The translations under genes and the position numbers were made by a program. Below the pieces are notes generated by a model. It made no database searches. It saw only the letters and a program-made list of their open reading frames with translations, and was not told where the DNA came from. This document shows positions 8,628 to 18,583 of a stretch of DNA of 64,000 bases, piece by piece. Source of the stretch: a virus; IMG/VR virus record IMGVR_UViG_3300002461_000401, positions 1 through 64,000 of that record. One strand, 5' to 3'. Each line of letters starts with the position of its first letter. The first letter of the stretch is position 1.

Positions 8628-11312
8628 TCAGGTCCCAGGGAGTTGGTTGTTCAACGTCACTGTGGCGAAGTTGGAGACCAGTTCGGTGGACAGTGCTGCA
8701 ATGTCACTGCCGGTCAGCAATGTTCGCCCGAGGAATGTCGCCGGAGACTCCAGGTTGGTGGGCTGGTTCGTGCCTACGAGAGCCATGGGATTGAACACAC
8801 CCTGGGACTCATTGCCGAACAGCTCGTCACTCCTGGCGCTGAGCTCCTTACTCAGTGAGATATAGTCCCTTTGCGCCTCTGCTGTCTTATTCAATACGTC
8901 CTGAGTGTCGGCTTTCACGCCCTCAGCGTAGGCATTGCCGACCGAACTGGTCATCTTCAGGAGGTTGTCGGCACGGAGCAGGGACTCAAAGCCAGAGAAG
9001 ATCCCGTTGCCGGCCATGTAGGATGTGCCAACCTGCAGAGCGACAATCGAGGCAATGGCTCCGATGATGGCACCGATCTTGTCCCCGAAGAGCATGGTCG
9101 AAGCCCGGGTGATGATCTGGGTCACGATCATGGCAGCCACGGCGTTTGCCACGGCACCGACAATTGCGGCCGCGGTACCGGTGAACCCCAGAGAGGCGCC
9201 TATCGCCGAGTTGACTCCCAGGATACCTGCAGAGCTGGCACCGAAGCCGCCAGAGACCACCGTGATGACCACGACAGCGATGACCAGCAACACCTTGAAC
9301 CAGGAGGACTGGTACCAGCGTTCCTTCACGATCTCGAAGCAGTTGAACACCATGAAGACGCAGGCCGTGCTCATCTGGGTCGCTTCGACCAGGTTCATCC
9401 GGCGATAGATGTTCTCGTGCAGCGGGATGATGAACCCGGACTCGTTCCCATCCGAGAGCGCCTGGCCGGCCGAGATGTCCACGGACTTGCCGCCGTAGAT
9501 CATGTTCCGGTGGTACAAGCCCCAGACCTCGAGCGTGCGGATGGTGTCAGCATCCTCCTGGTACCGGATGCGGATCTTTTCCATCTCCTGGGCGACCGTC
9601 GTCACAGTGCCGTCGGTGTGCAGGTCATAGTCGAAGGGCGTGACACCCAGGTTCTCGATCCAGACCTGCCCCTTCGCTGCAAGCGAGCCAGAGTCCACAC
9701 TCTCCCGAATGCCACGCCAGGAGATGTTCATGTCGTAGTTGATGTCCGGTGCGCCGGCGCTGTTCACTACCACCTCGTAGAGAGGTGGCTCTGGATAGGG
9801 GATGCGCTCAGGCTCGGGTGTCCCATAGAGAGGATCACTCGTGAGCTCCTGAGCTGCGCGCCAGGCCTTCCATGCGCTCCAAGATGAAGCAGCTGCAGCC
9901 CAGGCGGACTCCCAGCTGGCGTAATCCGAGCCAGAGAGATCTCGACCCAGCATGATCTCTTGGAAGAACTCGTAGATGTAGCGCCGGCAAGCGTTCTCCT
10001 TGACGTTCAGGGAGACCCCGAACACCACATAGGCGAAGTCGATGTTCCCCAGGTTCGGGTTGTCAGCGACCTGATCTCGGATCTTCTGGTAGCTGGTGTT
10101 CAGCCCTCGACGCAGACCCTTGTCCACGATGTCACGGAGCTCGGGCGAGACTTCGATGAAGTTGTTGCTCAGACGGATCGGCATGTAGGGCAGGAAGGTT
10201 CCACCCACCCCAGAGGGGTTGAACATCGCATCGAGCGCAGGATTGCCGGAGTCCCGCTTGTAGATGAACACCTTCATGTTCGACCAAGCCCGGTTCACGA
10301 TCCGCTGAGTGTCCGTCCGGTAGGAACGAACCAGCTTGATCGTCTCCACAGAGGTTGTGGTGGTCGTGGTCTTGGTGACCCCACCGGCGATCGTCTCAGT
10401 TGTCACCACAGGTGTTCCCGCGGTGAGCTGAGCAACGGCTGTCTGCCACTGGGTCGTGATCGTCCGGATCGAATAGGTCTCATCAGTGGGCCCTGGAACA
10501 CGACCCATGAAGACCGTCTTCTCGTACTGGTTCATCGTCTCGGAGTAGCTCGACGTCACGAAGCTGTTGGTGTTCGTCACCTCAGCCGGCCGACCATCCG
10601 AGTAGGTCACCACCTGGTTCACATAGGTGTAGAGGTTGATCGGTGTGGGCACGCTCGAAGAGGCAACGAGCGACATCCCCGTCGTCGAAGGGAAGGGCGC
10701 ACCTGTGGCGAGCGTGACCAGGGAGCCATAGACGATAGGCTCGATCGAGCTTGGCTCAGCCAGGGTGTACCGCGCATAGATGTACTTCGAGCCAAGAGCG
10801 AAACCAGCCGGCGTGAAGCTGTGAGTGGCCGTGCCTCCACCGGAGGGGTACACCACGTCGATGATGTTCGCTGACTCATCGAAGTTGGCCATCCAGCTGC
10901 CATTCACGAGATCCGGATGAGCATCGGCCATGTACTGGTCAGCCCAGTAGGAGTAATCCGGCACACCGATTTCGGATGTCTGAATGACCACTTCTTGCCC
11001 AGCAGCATGCGGGATCTGAGCGGCGAGCACTGCATTGTTCAACGAGTTCCCAAGACTCAAGGAACTCGCATTCTGACCCATGGCAGCACTTAGACCTCTG
11101 GTTCGTGCCCAGCGACCAAATGAGCGTAGCTTGATTCCAGAACCACCGATGTAGCTCTTCTGGAGAGTCTCGGAAATAGTCAGGCCCTGCTCGTTCAGCA
11201 CGCCACCAAGAACAGTAGTCTTCAGGAAATTTGGACGTTTATCCACATCGCCGGCCATGTTGTACACGACCGACGATACCTGAATTGTCTTCTTGGGGCT
11301 GAACCAACCCAT
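8628..11312 (-). CDS. large internal virion/ejection-type protein, positional analog of N4 gp53
   Basis: 894-aa ORF. The C-terminal third has long Gly/Ala/Ile/Val hydrophobic stretches (VLLVIAVVVITVVSGGFGASSAGILG..., IGAIIGAIASIVALQVG) consistent with membrane insertion. Confidence 0.55.
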   Translation of the reverse strand: MGWFSPKKTIQVSSVVYNMAGDVDKRPNFLKTTVLGGVLNEQGLTISETLQKSYIGGSGIKLRSFGRWARTRGLSAAMGQNASSLSLGNSLNNAVLAAQIPHAAGQEVVIQTSEIGVPDYSYWADQYMADAHPDLVNGSWMANFDESANIIDVVYPSGGGTATHSFTPAGFALGSKYIYARYTLAEPSSIEPIVYGSLVTLATGAPFPSTTGMSLVASSSVPTPINLYTYVNQVVTYSDGRPAEVTNTNSFVTSSYSETMNQYEKTVFMGRVPGPTDETYSIRTITTQWQTAVAQLTAGTPVVTTETIAGGVTKTTTTTTSVETIKLVRSYRTDTQRIVNRAWSNMKVFIYKRDSGNPALDAMFNPSGVGGTFLPYMPIRLSNNFIEVSPELRDIVDKGLRRGLNTSYQKIRDQVADNPNLGNIDFAYVVFGVSLNVKENACRRYIYEFFQEIMLGRDLSGSDYASWESAWAAAASSWSAWKAWRAAQELTSDPLYGTPEPERIPYPEPPLYEVVVNSAGAPDINYDMNISWRGIRESVDSGSLAAKGQVWIENLGVTPFDYDLHTDGTVTTVAQEMEKIRIRYQEDADTIRTLEVWGLYHRNMIYGGKSVDISAGQALSDGNESGFIIPLHENIYRRMNLVEATQMSTACVFMVFNCFEIVKERWYQSSWFKVLLVIAVVVITVVSGGFGASSAGILGVNSAIGASLGFTGTAAAIVGAVANAVAAMIVTQIITRASTMLFGDKIGAIIGAIASIVALQVGTSYMAGNGIFSGFESLLRADNLLKMTSSVGNAYAEGVKADTQDVLNKTAEAQRDYISLSKELSARSDELFGNESQGVFNPMALVGTNQPTNLESPATFLGRTLLTGSDIAALSTELVSNFATVTLNNQLPGT

Positions 11313-11314
11313 GA

Positions 11315-12259
11315 TTACAGCATGCCGTTTTCGGTGCGGATCTTCCGCATCACCAGGTTCACAGCATCGTTGTTGATGTTGGCCGGAGGCACCAGGCCCT
11401 CGTCCAGCGTCTTCTGGGTGATCCAGGTGTCAGTGAACAGCTTGGCCGCCTTGACCTCACTGTCACGCTGATACGAGACCACCTGCTGAGCGTAGAGCGC
11501 CTTCTGCGCCCCACTCACACCGGCGACGATTCCACCATCGGAGCGGGTATCAGCCGTCTGTGCGCGCTGCACATTCGTCTGCTCCTGGATCAGCATGAGC
11601 TGGGTCGGCATGATGTATGTGCGAGTGTAGGCCTTACCGGCCGTGTCTTCGATGATGCCCGCGTTGCGGCTCGACTCAGTGAGGACCTGACTCGGAAGAA
11701 CTGTAGAGAGCGTGTAGCTCTTGATGTTGTTCTCAATCTCCTTGCCGGCGATCTCAGCCGTGAGCGCATCGCGCTGCTTCGGCAGGATCTGAGCCAGGTT
11801 GAACTGAGCAGCCATCGTATCGAACTGCGCCTTGTTCAGCATGACGCGATTGGTCTCGAGCTCGACACGGCCGTTGACGGCGTCGATCTGCGCTCGCTGG
11901 GCAGCCCAGAAGGCCTGCTCCTTGCCGAGAGCGAACTGGATGGCGCTGTTGAGCGCCATCTGCGTCATGTCAGTGTAGGCCTTCGTGTACTCGGAGCCGG
12001 TGATCCGACCCTTCTCGTACTCAGCCTTCAGATGGTTCGAGAGTGACGCCATGATGACGTCGAAGATGCCTGTCCCATTCACGGTCTTGGTGGTGACCGT
12101 GGCAATCTCCGGGCCCGAGACCTTGGCGTACATCTCGTCAGAGAGGCCGGCCGGAACCTGCAGGAGAGCATCGTTCAGAGGAACAGTGGGAGTCGCATAG
12201 GGCGTAGCCGAAGTGGCCGCCCCAACAAGCGCACTGTCTGTGGTGAGAGTCCCGCTCAT
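11315..12259 (-). CDS. virion structural protein, positional analog of N4 gp54
   Basis: 314-aa ORF, 2-nt gap to the downstream gene, late-operon synteny. Confidence 0.5.
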   Translation of the reverse strand: MSGTLTTDSALVGAATSATPYATPTVPLNDALLQVPAGLSDEMYAKVSGPEIATVTTKTVNGTGIFDVIMASLSNHLKAEYEKGRITGSEYTKAYTDMTQMALNSAIQFALGKEQAFWAAQRAQIDAVNGRVELETNRVMLNKAQFDTMAAQFNLAQILPKQRDALTAEIAGKEIENNIKSYTLSTVLPSQVLTESSRNAGIIEDTAGKAYTRTYIMPTQLMLIQEQTNVQRAQTADTRSDGGIVAGVSGAQKALYAQQVVSYQRDSEVKAAKLFTDTWITQKTLDEGLVPPANINNDAVNLVMRKIRTENGML

Positions 12260-12282
12260 TGGGGCAGTCCTTCAGTTGGAGT

Positions 12283-12936
12283 TCAGTCGTCGGAGCCAAA
12301 GAGGCCAGCAGCAGCCTGGGCCGCAGCCAGTTCCCGGAGCTCTTCCGTCGTCAGGGCCGGCAGCTCTTCGAGAGCGAACTCACGCACCCACTTCTGGCTG
12401 ATCTGCGGCACGCCGTTCGGGCCACGCTTGCTGCGGATGTCCAGGAACATGCGCTCCTTGAGCACCGTGTAGATGCAGTACGGCACATGGTAGCCGTCGT
12501 CGGTGACCTCGCCGAAGGGGATGAACTTCTGGACGGTGCCCAGGACCTCGTTGGAGACCGTGATCAGCTCGCCCGGGAGATCCTTCTTCTTCGGATCCAG
12601 ATTGGTGATGCGGAGGCGCACCAGCTTCATCTGCTCCTTCATCAGGTACTCGCGCAGCGTGGGCGTGCGAGCATTGGCCGGCTGAGGCTCGGTCTGGCCG
12701 ATGAGCGGGTTCGGCGGGTTCATCAGGGTGGAAGCATCGCTGGCCTGGTTCTGGGTCTCGGCCGGCTCTTCCTCGTCGTTCAGCTTGGCGTTGATCTTGG
12801 CGACCAGAGCGTCCTTGCCGATGTTGTTCGAGAAGTTGATGCCCATCAGCTTCGCACGGGCCTTGAGGAGGGTCATCTCGTCAACGGGCTGCTGCTCGGT
12901 GGAGCCAGTCCCGGTGTCGTTGGATTGCGCGTTCAT
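12283..12936 (-). CDS. structural-module protein, positional analog of N4 gp55
   Basis: The track ORF extends to 13014, but that extension overlaps a strong terminator hairpin. The in-frame ATG at 12936 (MNAQSNDTG...) is the more plausible start. Confidence 0.5.
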   Translation of the reverse strand: MNAQSNDTGTGSTEQQPVDEMTLLKARAKLMGINFSNNIGKDALVAKINAKLNDEEEPAETQNQASDASTLMNPPNPLIGQTEPQPANARTPTLREYLMKEQMKLVRLRITNLDPKKKDLPGELITVSNEVLGTVQKFIPFGEVTDDGYHVPYCIYTVLKERMFLDIRSKRGPNGVPQISQKWVREFALEELPALTTEELRELAAAQAAAGLFGSDD

Positions 12937-12974
12937 GGGAGTCTCTGTGTGCTGTGCGTCGCTATGAGCGAGCG

Positions 12975-13011
12975 ATGAAAGAGAAGAGGGGAAGGGACTT
13001 CTCCCTTCCCC
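12975..13011 (-). terminator. rho-independent terminator after the major capsid gene
   Basis: Perfect 10-bp stem GGGGAAGGGA (12988-12997) / TCCCTTCCCC (13002-13011), 4-nt loop. On the minus strand it is followed by TCTTCTCTTTC. Confidence 0.7.
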
Positions 13012-13029
13012 CAATCGACCTGATCAGGA

Positions 13030-14271
13030 TCAGATCGGAGCCACGGTCAGGACCTTGGCGATGCGCTCGGGACGCTTGATCATGATGCCGTAGTACCACT
13101 TGATCGAGCTGAACCCGGTTTCACCGTAGGGATCCTCGCGCGTGGCGGTCTCCTTGCCCGGCATCTTGGTCATGACCGTGAACTTCAGGGTCTTGCCGTC
13201 GGTCTGGAAGCCGATCGTCGAGAAGCTGTCGTCGCCGATGACCAGCATCGGATAGACGTTGTACTTCTCGGTGCCGCCGACCAGCGTGGTGCGGTAACCC
13301 GGGTTGCCCGTGGCGGCAGCGCCGGCACCGGCCCAGTGCAGCATCTCCGGCACCTGGATGATGCGGAAGGCGTCGATCGTGCCGATCTCGCCGTTCATCA
13401 CCGTGCCAGCCGCGGCATAGTGCTGCACCGCGATGAAGGCCTTCTGGCCGAACAGGTCGGTCATGCCCTTCAGGTGCGGAACCAGCTCCGAGCCGACGAA
13501 CATCACGCGAGCGGCCGGAAGGGTCTTGGTGTCCTCCAGGCGCGAACCAGTGATGACCGTGGTCTGCTTCGGCGTGCGGTTGTCGTTCAGGATCTGATCC
13601 AGACGCATCAGGTTCCGGTAGGACACCACCGAGGCCGGGATCTCCGGGCTTGTGCCAGGCACAGCCGGGGTCACCTGACCCGTCACAGTCGCAGGGCTCG
13701 TCGCCGCGCCGGCGTAGAGCGTCACACCAGCCGCCGCCAGAAGATCCTTCTGGAGAGCCGCTTCGGTCAGCTGAACAGCGCCATTCATGAGCTCGCGGCT
13801 CAGATGGTCCATCAGCATCTCGTCGGTGTCGAAGTCCATCGACTCCTGGTTGAACTCGTGGAAGAAGCCGAACTTGTGGATCGACCCCTCACGCTGGAGT
13901 CGGGTGAAGCCCACGCGGTTCACGCGGCCACCGTTCTCGCCCAGGACAGGCATCTTGCCGGTGATCGTGCCGATGTCGCGGCTCGAGCCGTAGAGGTTGC
14001 CGTTGGCGATCGTGGCACCCGAGGCGTCGATGCCCTGGCTGTTCACGTTGCGCGCATCCAGGAGCGGCACATACTCGTAGCACTTGATCGTCTTGCCGAA
14101 GTGCTTCGGCATGTTGATCGCCGACGCCAGGGGCATGAAGTACTGCTCCTTGCGCGCCGTGATGATGGCCTTCTTCAGGTAGTGGAAGGTGGCGAGCTGG
14201 CTCGAGCCCTCACCATCAATGTCCGACTGCGTACCGGACGCAGTCATGGACGGGGCATTGTAGTTCAACAT
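13030..14271 (-). CDS. major capsid protein (N4 gp56-like)
   Basis: 413 aa, located between the scaffold-like acidic protein and a strong terminator. Position and size match N4 gp56. No catalytic motifs. Confidence 0.7.
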   Translation of the reverse strand: MLNYNAPSMTASGTQSDIDGEGSSQLATFHYLKKAIITARKEQYFMPLASAINMPKHFGKTIKCYEYVPLLDARNVNSQGIDASGATIANGNLYGSSRDIGTITGKMPVLGENGGRVNRVGFTRLQREGSIHKFGFFHEFNQESMDFDTDEMLMDHLSRELMNGAVQLTEAALQKDLLAAAGVTLYAGAATSPATVTGQVTPAVPGTSPEIPASVVSYRNLMRLDQILNDNRTPKQTTVITGSRLEDTKTLPAARVMFVGSELVPHLKGMTDLFGQKAFIAVQHYAAAGTVMNGEIGTIDAFRIIQVPEMLHWAGAGAAATGNPGYRTTLVGGTEKYNVYPMLVIGDDSFSTIGFQTDGKTLKFTVMTKMPGKETATREDPYGETGFSSIKWYYGIMIKRPERIAKVLTVAPI

Positions 14272-14303
14272 GACACGGTCCTTTCAAGAACCAATGAGGA
14301 AGG

Positions 14304-15542
14304 TCAGGGACTGATCCCGGCCTGCTTCATGAACTCCTCATCGCTCATCGCCAGAGGATTGATGAACGGAGTTCCCTTCGGCGGCGTGGACCGCGAAGTC
14401 GAAGCAGCAGCAGCCTTGTCGCTGTTGACGACGGTCGGCTTGGGAGCAGCGACACGAGTTGCAACCACCTTGGGAGCAGCGACACGAGTTGCAACCACCT
14501 TGGGAGCAGCCGCAGGAGTTGGTGTGGAAGCAGGCGCAGCCGCAGCAGGTTTGATGACGTCGGCGAACTCGTTGTTGTTCGCCATTTCCTCACCAACCAG
14601 GCGGTAAGCCTGCAGGAACGGAACTTCTGCAGCGATCGTGCCCAGGGTCTTGCGACGATCCACTTCCGAGTTGATTCGGTCATACAGACCGAGCTCTCGG
14701 TGAGCGTGGATGGTCGCCATCGCCTCGGGTGAAGCCCAGAGGTGGTCTTTGCTGGCGTCGTCCCATTGCGTGTTGATGACCTGAAGCGTCTCGAGGCCGG
14801 CCGGAGTGGACTTGAGATCGTCCAGCGCAGTCCGAAACTTCATTTCATCGTCACCGACACGGTGAGTACCGCCGCGGTATGTGCTCTCCTTGGACACGTC
14901 GATGTCCATGGGATCCAGGCCGGATTCCTTCACGAGCTTCTGGATCGCAGCAGGGTCTCGCTTCTCGATGTCGATCAAGAACTCGAGTTTGCTCTCATCC
15001 AGGAGACCGCTCTTCTCCAGCATCATGAGCACCCGTCGATGGGGAGCGAGCTCCTGCATCTTGCGGGTGTAGTTCGCGCCCTGCTGCATCAGGCGGATGG
15101 CTTCATCCGGGGACTTCAGCTCGATCATTTTCCCGTTCGCTTTGAACGGGGCCATGATCTGCGTGTAGAAGCCCTCGTAATCCACCGGTTCCCCAGTGGC
15201 AGCAGGTTTCTCCTCCTTCGGAGCCGGCGCATCGGCGGGCTTATCCCCACCTTCAGCAGCCTGCTCTTCCGGCTTCGGTTCGGGAGTCCCAGCCTGGTCC
15301 TCCGTCGCCTTGGGCTCTTCCGGGTTGGGTGTCTCCTCGCTGGGAGCGCCCTCACCTTCTTCCCCTTGGGCTGCCGCGGCCTTCTCGGCTTCGGTCAGCT
15401 CACCTTCTTCGTTGCCGGCCGGGGTCTCTTCCTCGGCGGGCTTCGATTCAGCTGTGTTGCCCTCGGTGTTCTCGGCATTCAGGGCAGCATCGCCCAGAGC
15501 CAGGAACTCCTCATCGGACATGGCGAGAGGGTTGGTGGTCAT
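14304..15542 (-). CDS. scaffold-like acidic protein (N4 gp57 position)
   Basis: 412 aa. The N-terminal 120 aa are strongly acidic and low-complexity (E/A/P/K). The C-terminus has a tandem AAPKVVATRV repeat. Lies between portal-side genes and the capsid gene. Confidence 0.55.
   Translation of the reverse strand: MTTNPLAMSDEEFLALGDAALNAENTEGNTAESKPAEEETPAGNEEGELTEAEKAAAAQGEEGEGAPSEETPNPEEPKATEDQAGTPEPKPEEQAAEGGDKPADAPAPKEEKPAATGEPVDYEGFYTQIMAPFKANGKMIELKSPDEAIRLMQQGANYTRKMQELAPHRRVLMMLEKSGLLDESKLEFLIDIEKRDPAAIQKLVKESGLDPMDIDVSKESTYRGGTHRVGDDEMKFRTALDDLKSTPAGLETLQVINTQWDDASKDHLWASPEAMATIHAHRELGLYDRINSEVDRRKTLGTIAAEVPFLQAYRLVGEEMANNNEFADVIKPAAAAPASTPTPAAAPKVVATRVAAPKVVATRVAAPKPTVVNSDKAAAASTSRSTPPKGTPFINPLAMSDEEFMKQAGISP
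14441..14510. repeat. perfect 30-bp tandem duplication (2.3 copies) inside the scaffold-like gene
   Basis: tgggagcagcgacacgagttgcaaccacct at 14441-14470 and 14471-14500, then tgggagcagc at 14501-14510. Confidence 0.95.
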
Positions 15543-15892
15543 TACACCAGACCCTCATCAGCCTCGGCCCGCTCTTCGGCGATGGCCTCTTCGAGCTCGC
15601 TGCGCGTGCGTTCGGCGTGAGCGCCCATCATGTGCGTGACATGCAGGAAGCGCAGCAGGTGACCGGAGGCCTGAGCCATGGCCATCGCATCAGCGCGAGC
15701 GGAAGCATCCAGGGCCGGATCGCCGGACTCCTGAACATAGCGAGCCGCTTCATCCCGGCAGAAGCCTTCCAGGATGAGCTTCCGGAAGTCGGGGTTCTGA
15801 CGAAGCCGGGCGACCATTTCGCGCCGACCGATCAGATCCTTCGAATCCTCGAGCTGCTTCTCAAGGGGAGTCATGGAATAGACTTCAGACAT
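15542..15892 (-). CDS. hypothetical head-module protein (N4 gp58 position)
   Basis: 116-aa ORF whose stop overlaps the start of the next gene by 1 nt. Lies between portal and scaffold. Confidence 0.5.
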   Translation of the reverse strand: MSEVYSMTPLEKQLEDSKDLIGRREMVARLRQNPDFRKLILEGFCRDEAARYVQESGDPALDASARADAMAMAQASGHLLRFLHVTHMMGAHAERTRSELEEAIAEERAEADEGLV

Positions 15893-15905
15893 GGCTGAGT
15901 GGTCC

Positions 15906-18191
15906 TTAGTTCATTGGAGTTGAAGGTGAGGGAAAGTTGGAAAAGTCAAACCCACCACCAGCAACTAATCCGGAACTTGTACGATCTTCAACCTTTAACT
16001 TGCTACTAATTGCGTTGAATCCAATAGCAGTCTGTACATCGCCCTTCTTCTCGGTATCTTTGAGGGGCTTCACCAGTGCTTTGGTCACCTCCAGCGACTG
16101 GTTGCCCTCGGCCTGGCCACGCTGCTTCTCCATGTCACGCTCATGGGTCGTGCCAGTTTCCTGCTCCACATAGTCGAGGTTGGTCTTGTCCTTGATCGCC
16201 TTGGACTCTTCAGCCTTGGCCATGTTGAGGGCGATCTTCGAGTCAAGCTCTTGGATCTCCTTCTGCAGCTTCTGGAGCTCGAGCTGCTTCATCTGCTCCA
16301 CCAAGGGATCAGGCTGCGGCTTGAAGTTGCGAAGCTTCCGAGCCAAGGCAGGCATGCGCTTGAGGTCAGCGATGTCGGCCATCACCATGAACGTCATCTC
16401 CGGAGGAGCGTTCGGCCCGATGGTCTGCAGCATCATGCCCAGGTCCTGTGCCTTGGCATTGTCGCCCTCAGCCGTGTCGATGTCGGTGATCAGATCGAAG
16501 TTGCCCTTCAGATCCTCACGCTTGACCGTGACGTATTCCTCGTTGGTGACGCGGATGACCTCTTCTTCCGAGAGGAACTCGGCGTTCATGGCGGTGATCT
16601 TGGTCGCAACCTTGGTCATGCCATTGGCCAGGCGACGCAGGATGGCTGTCTCGCGCTTGGACGAGGCATCCAGCACACCACGAATGGCCGTGGCCACGTT
16701 GCCGTAGGCCTCGCCCGAGAGACCACCAGAGAACGCCTTGACGCCGGAAAGGCTCTCAGCGTCCTGATTCTGCATCATCACCATGTTGAGCGCCGAGGCC
16801 GGCAGCTCAGGGTACTTGTGCTCGATGTGGCCGCCGTTCGGAGAGATGGCCGGGTTGAACTCGTAGTCCTCCCCGTTCTCGAACCGCTTCTTGTTCAGAG
16901 GGTCGAGCATCCCCTTGGCGAAGCCCTGCTGGCTGTTCGCCGATCGACCCATGGAGTCCACCATGCCGCGGACCACAGCACCCAGGATCTTCTGGTTGTC
17001 TTCCAGCAGCTCAGCGTCAGGTTCACCGAAGATCTCGCGCTTCTTGGGCAGATACTGAACCAAGACAAAGGGCAGCTTCCCGTCAGGGAAGGGGTTCTCC
17101 TCCATCCGGATCATCACATCACCGATCCAGGTGGCTACGATGGAGACAAGCTTGCCGTCGCCCTTGATGTCGTAGAAGCCCCACCACTCGTGGGCGATCA
17201 CCTTCTTGCGGAGAGCGTCCTTGTACTGGAAGTCGGTGGGTGTCTTGGTGTCGTGGTCCGGCGTTGTGAGCTGGGTGTTGCCCTCCCAATTCACTCTATC
17301 GAGGTTCTTGTACCGCTTACCCTCCTTGAGGAGAGACGCCTTGTTGGTCTCGAAGCTGTGGATAGCGAAGAGCGCCTTGTCGAAGTCACCTCCGCACGAG
17401 GGGTCCACATAGAAGTTACGCGGGTTCAGGATCTCGACGGTCGGACGGTTTTCAATGACCTTCTCGACCATCACGGTCTCTTCGCCTGTCTGAACGGCGA
17501 CTGTGGGAACACCCTGCTCTTCGTAAAGCTTCACAGCCTCGATCAGCTCAGGCGGGTAGGTGCTCTCGAACCCACGGGGATTCTCAGCCTTGGCCGCGAT
17601 CGCCTGTTCGAGAGCCTGAGCCTGCTCAGGTGTGGTGAGCTCGTAGTGAGTCCAGACAGGAACCTTCTCGGGTACCTTGGTCGTGACGCGGGTCCAACCC
17701 ACGCGCAGCACAGAGGTACCCTCGTCCACCGTCGAGCGGACGTAGTCGTCGATCAGCTTCACTCGATCGAGCTTGGTACGGAACTGCCAGTTGATGACCA
17801 GAGCGTTCTGACGCGCAGCGAGCTCATCTTCATAGGTGGCCGGCTCGATCTTGAAGAGCTTGTCCGCACCGAGGAAAGGCTCACTCAGCGCAGCATAGCG
17901 CCACTCAGCCTGGCGTCGGATCAGCTTCGGCTGAACACTGGAACGACCTTTGACCTTCTTGACCGCGGCTGAACCCTTGACGTCCATCAAGTCCTGCCAG
18001 TGATTCATGGCGCGGACACGTTCAGCCTGGCTCAGCTTGCAAGCCTCGAAGTCTTCCTTGAGAGCCGCCAGCTTGGGCTCATTGGCCCAATCAGTCAGAG
18101 CTTCAGGCTGCTTCTTCCCATTACGATCCAAGGTAAACTGGATCGTCTTCGGTTCAGCTGACTTGTATTGGCTCTCGGACATAACGGACAT
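15906..18191 (-). CDS. portal protein (N4 gp59-like)
   Basis: 761 aa. Size and position (between the lysis cassette and the head genes) match the N4 portal. Acidic, coiled C-terminal region. Confidence 0.7.
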   Translation of the reverse strand: MSVMSESQYKSAEPKTIQFTLDRNGKKQPEALTDWANEPKLAALKEDFEACKLSQAERVRAMNHWQDLMDVKGSAAVKKVKGRSSVQPKLIRRQAEWRYAALSEPFLGADKLFKIEPATYEDELAARQNALVINWQFRTKLDRVKLIDDYVRSTVDEGTSVLRVGWTRVTTKVPEKVPVWTHYELTTPEQAQALEQAIAAKAENPRGFESTYPPELIEAVKLYEEQGVPTVAVQTGEETVMVEKVIENRPTVEILNPRNFYVDPSCGGDFDKALFAIHSFETNKASLLKEGKRYKNLDRVNWEGNTQLTTPDHDTKTPTDFQYKDALRKKVIAHEWWGFYDIKGDGKLVSIVATWIGDVMIRMEENPFPDGKLPFVLVQYLPKKREIFGEPDAELLEDNQKILGAVVRGMVDSMGRSANSQQGFAKGMLDPLNKKRFENGEDYEFNPAISPNGGHIEHKYPELPASALNMVMMQNQDAESLSGVKAFSGGLSGEAYGNVATAIRGVLDASSKRETAILRRLANGMTKVATKITAMNAEFLSEEEVIRVTNEEYVTVKREDLKGNFDLITDIDTAEGDNAKAQDLGMMLQTIGPNAPPEMTFMVMADIADLKRMPALARKLRNFKPQPDPLVEQMKQLELQKLQKEIQELDSKIALNMAKAEESKAIKDKTNLDYVEQETGTTHERDMEKQRGQAEGNQSLEVTKALVKPLKDTEKKGDVQTAIGFNAISSKLKVEDRTSSGLVAGGGFDFSNFPSPSTPMN

Positions 18192-18204
18192 CCCGCCTTC
18201 GTAG

Positions 18205-18420
18205 TTACGAGCAGATAGCTCTATTGAATGCCCGATCGCTGGCCATGCTATTCATCATGTGCGTGATAGCTGGCTTGCCTTGGATTTCTTCCGAAGCAGT
18301 CAGTTGAAGCTCACGCGGGAACTCGGTGACCCGGGGACAGGGGCGCTCAGAAACTACCGGAGCGCAGCCGATCAACGGCACCATCAAGCTCAGCATCCCG
18401 AGCAGCAGTTTCGGCTTCAT
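18205..18420 (-). CDS. o-spanin (Rz1-like outer-membrane lipoprotein)
   Basis: Internal ATG of track ORF 18205..18510. MKPKLLLGMLSLMVPLIGC has signal peptide plus lipobox LIGC. Overlaps the 3' end of the i-spanin gene in another frame. Confidence 0.6.
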   Translation of the reverse strand: MKPKLLLGMLSLMVPLIGCAPVVSERPCPRVTEFPRELQLTASEEIQGKPAITHMMNSMASDRAFNRAICS

Positions 18421-18583
18421 GGCGAAGTCTCTCTTGTCCGTGGGCAGCACGAGCGGCTGCATGGGCCATGGCATCATCGGCAGCGTCTTGCCGGAGCCAG
18501 GTGACAACACCGAGCACTAGAGCAGCTCCCAGAGCTGCTCCGATGGCCCAGCGAACGGCAGGGATGGCGAGAAGCGAGATCAC
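18347..18583 (-). CDS. i-spanin (Rz-like)
   Basis: 78 aa with an N-terminal TM helix (AIGAALGAALVLGVVTW) and a charged Ala/Arg/Glu-rich periplasmic part. Start overlaps the endolysin stop. Confidence 0.55.
   Translation of the reverse strand: MISLLAIPAVRWAIGAALGAALVLGVVTWLRQDAADDAMAHAAARAAHGQERLRHEAETAARDAELDGAVDRLRSGSF

Noticed and set aside
12937-13014. N-terminal 26-aa extension of the 12283 gene (track start 13014).
   Set aside because: The extension would be translated through the 10-bp terminator hairpin that follows the capsid gene. The internal ATG at 12936 avoids this.
14441-14510. Tandem 30-bp repeat as a possible CRISPR-like array.
   Set aside because: The units are directly adjacent with no spacers, lie inside a coding region and encode a peptide repeat. 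It is not a CRISPR array.
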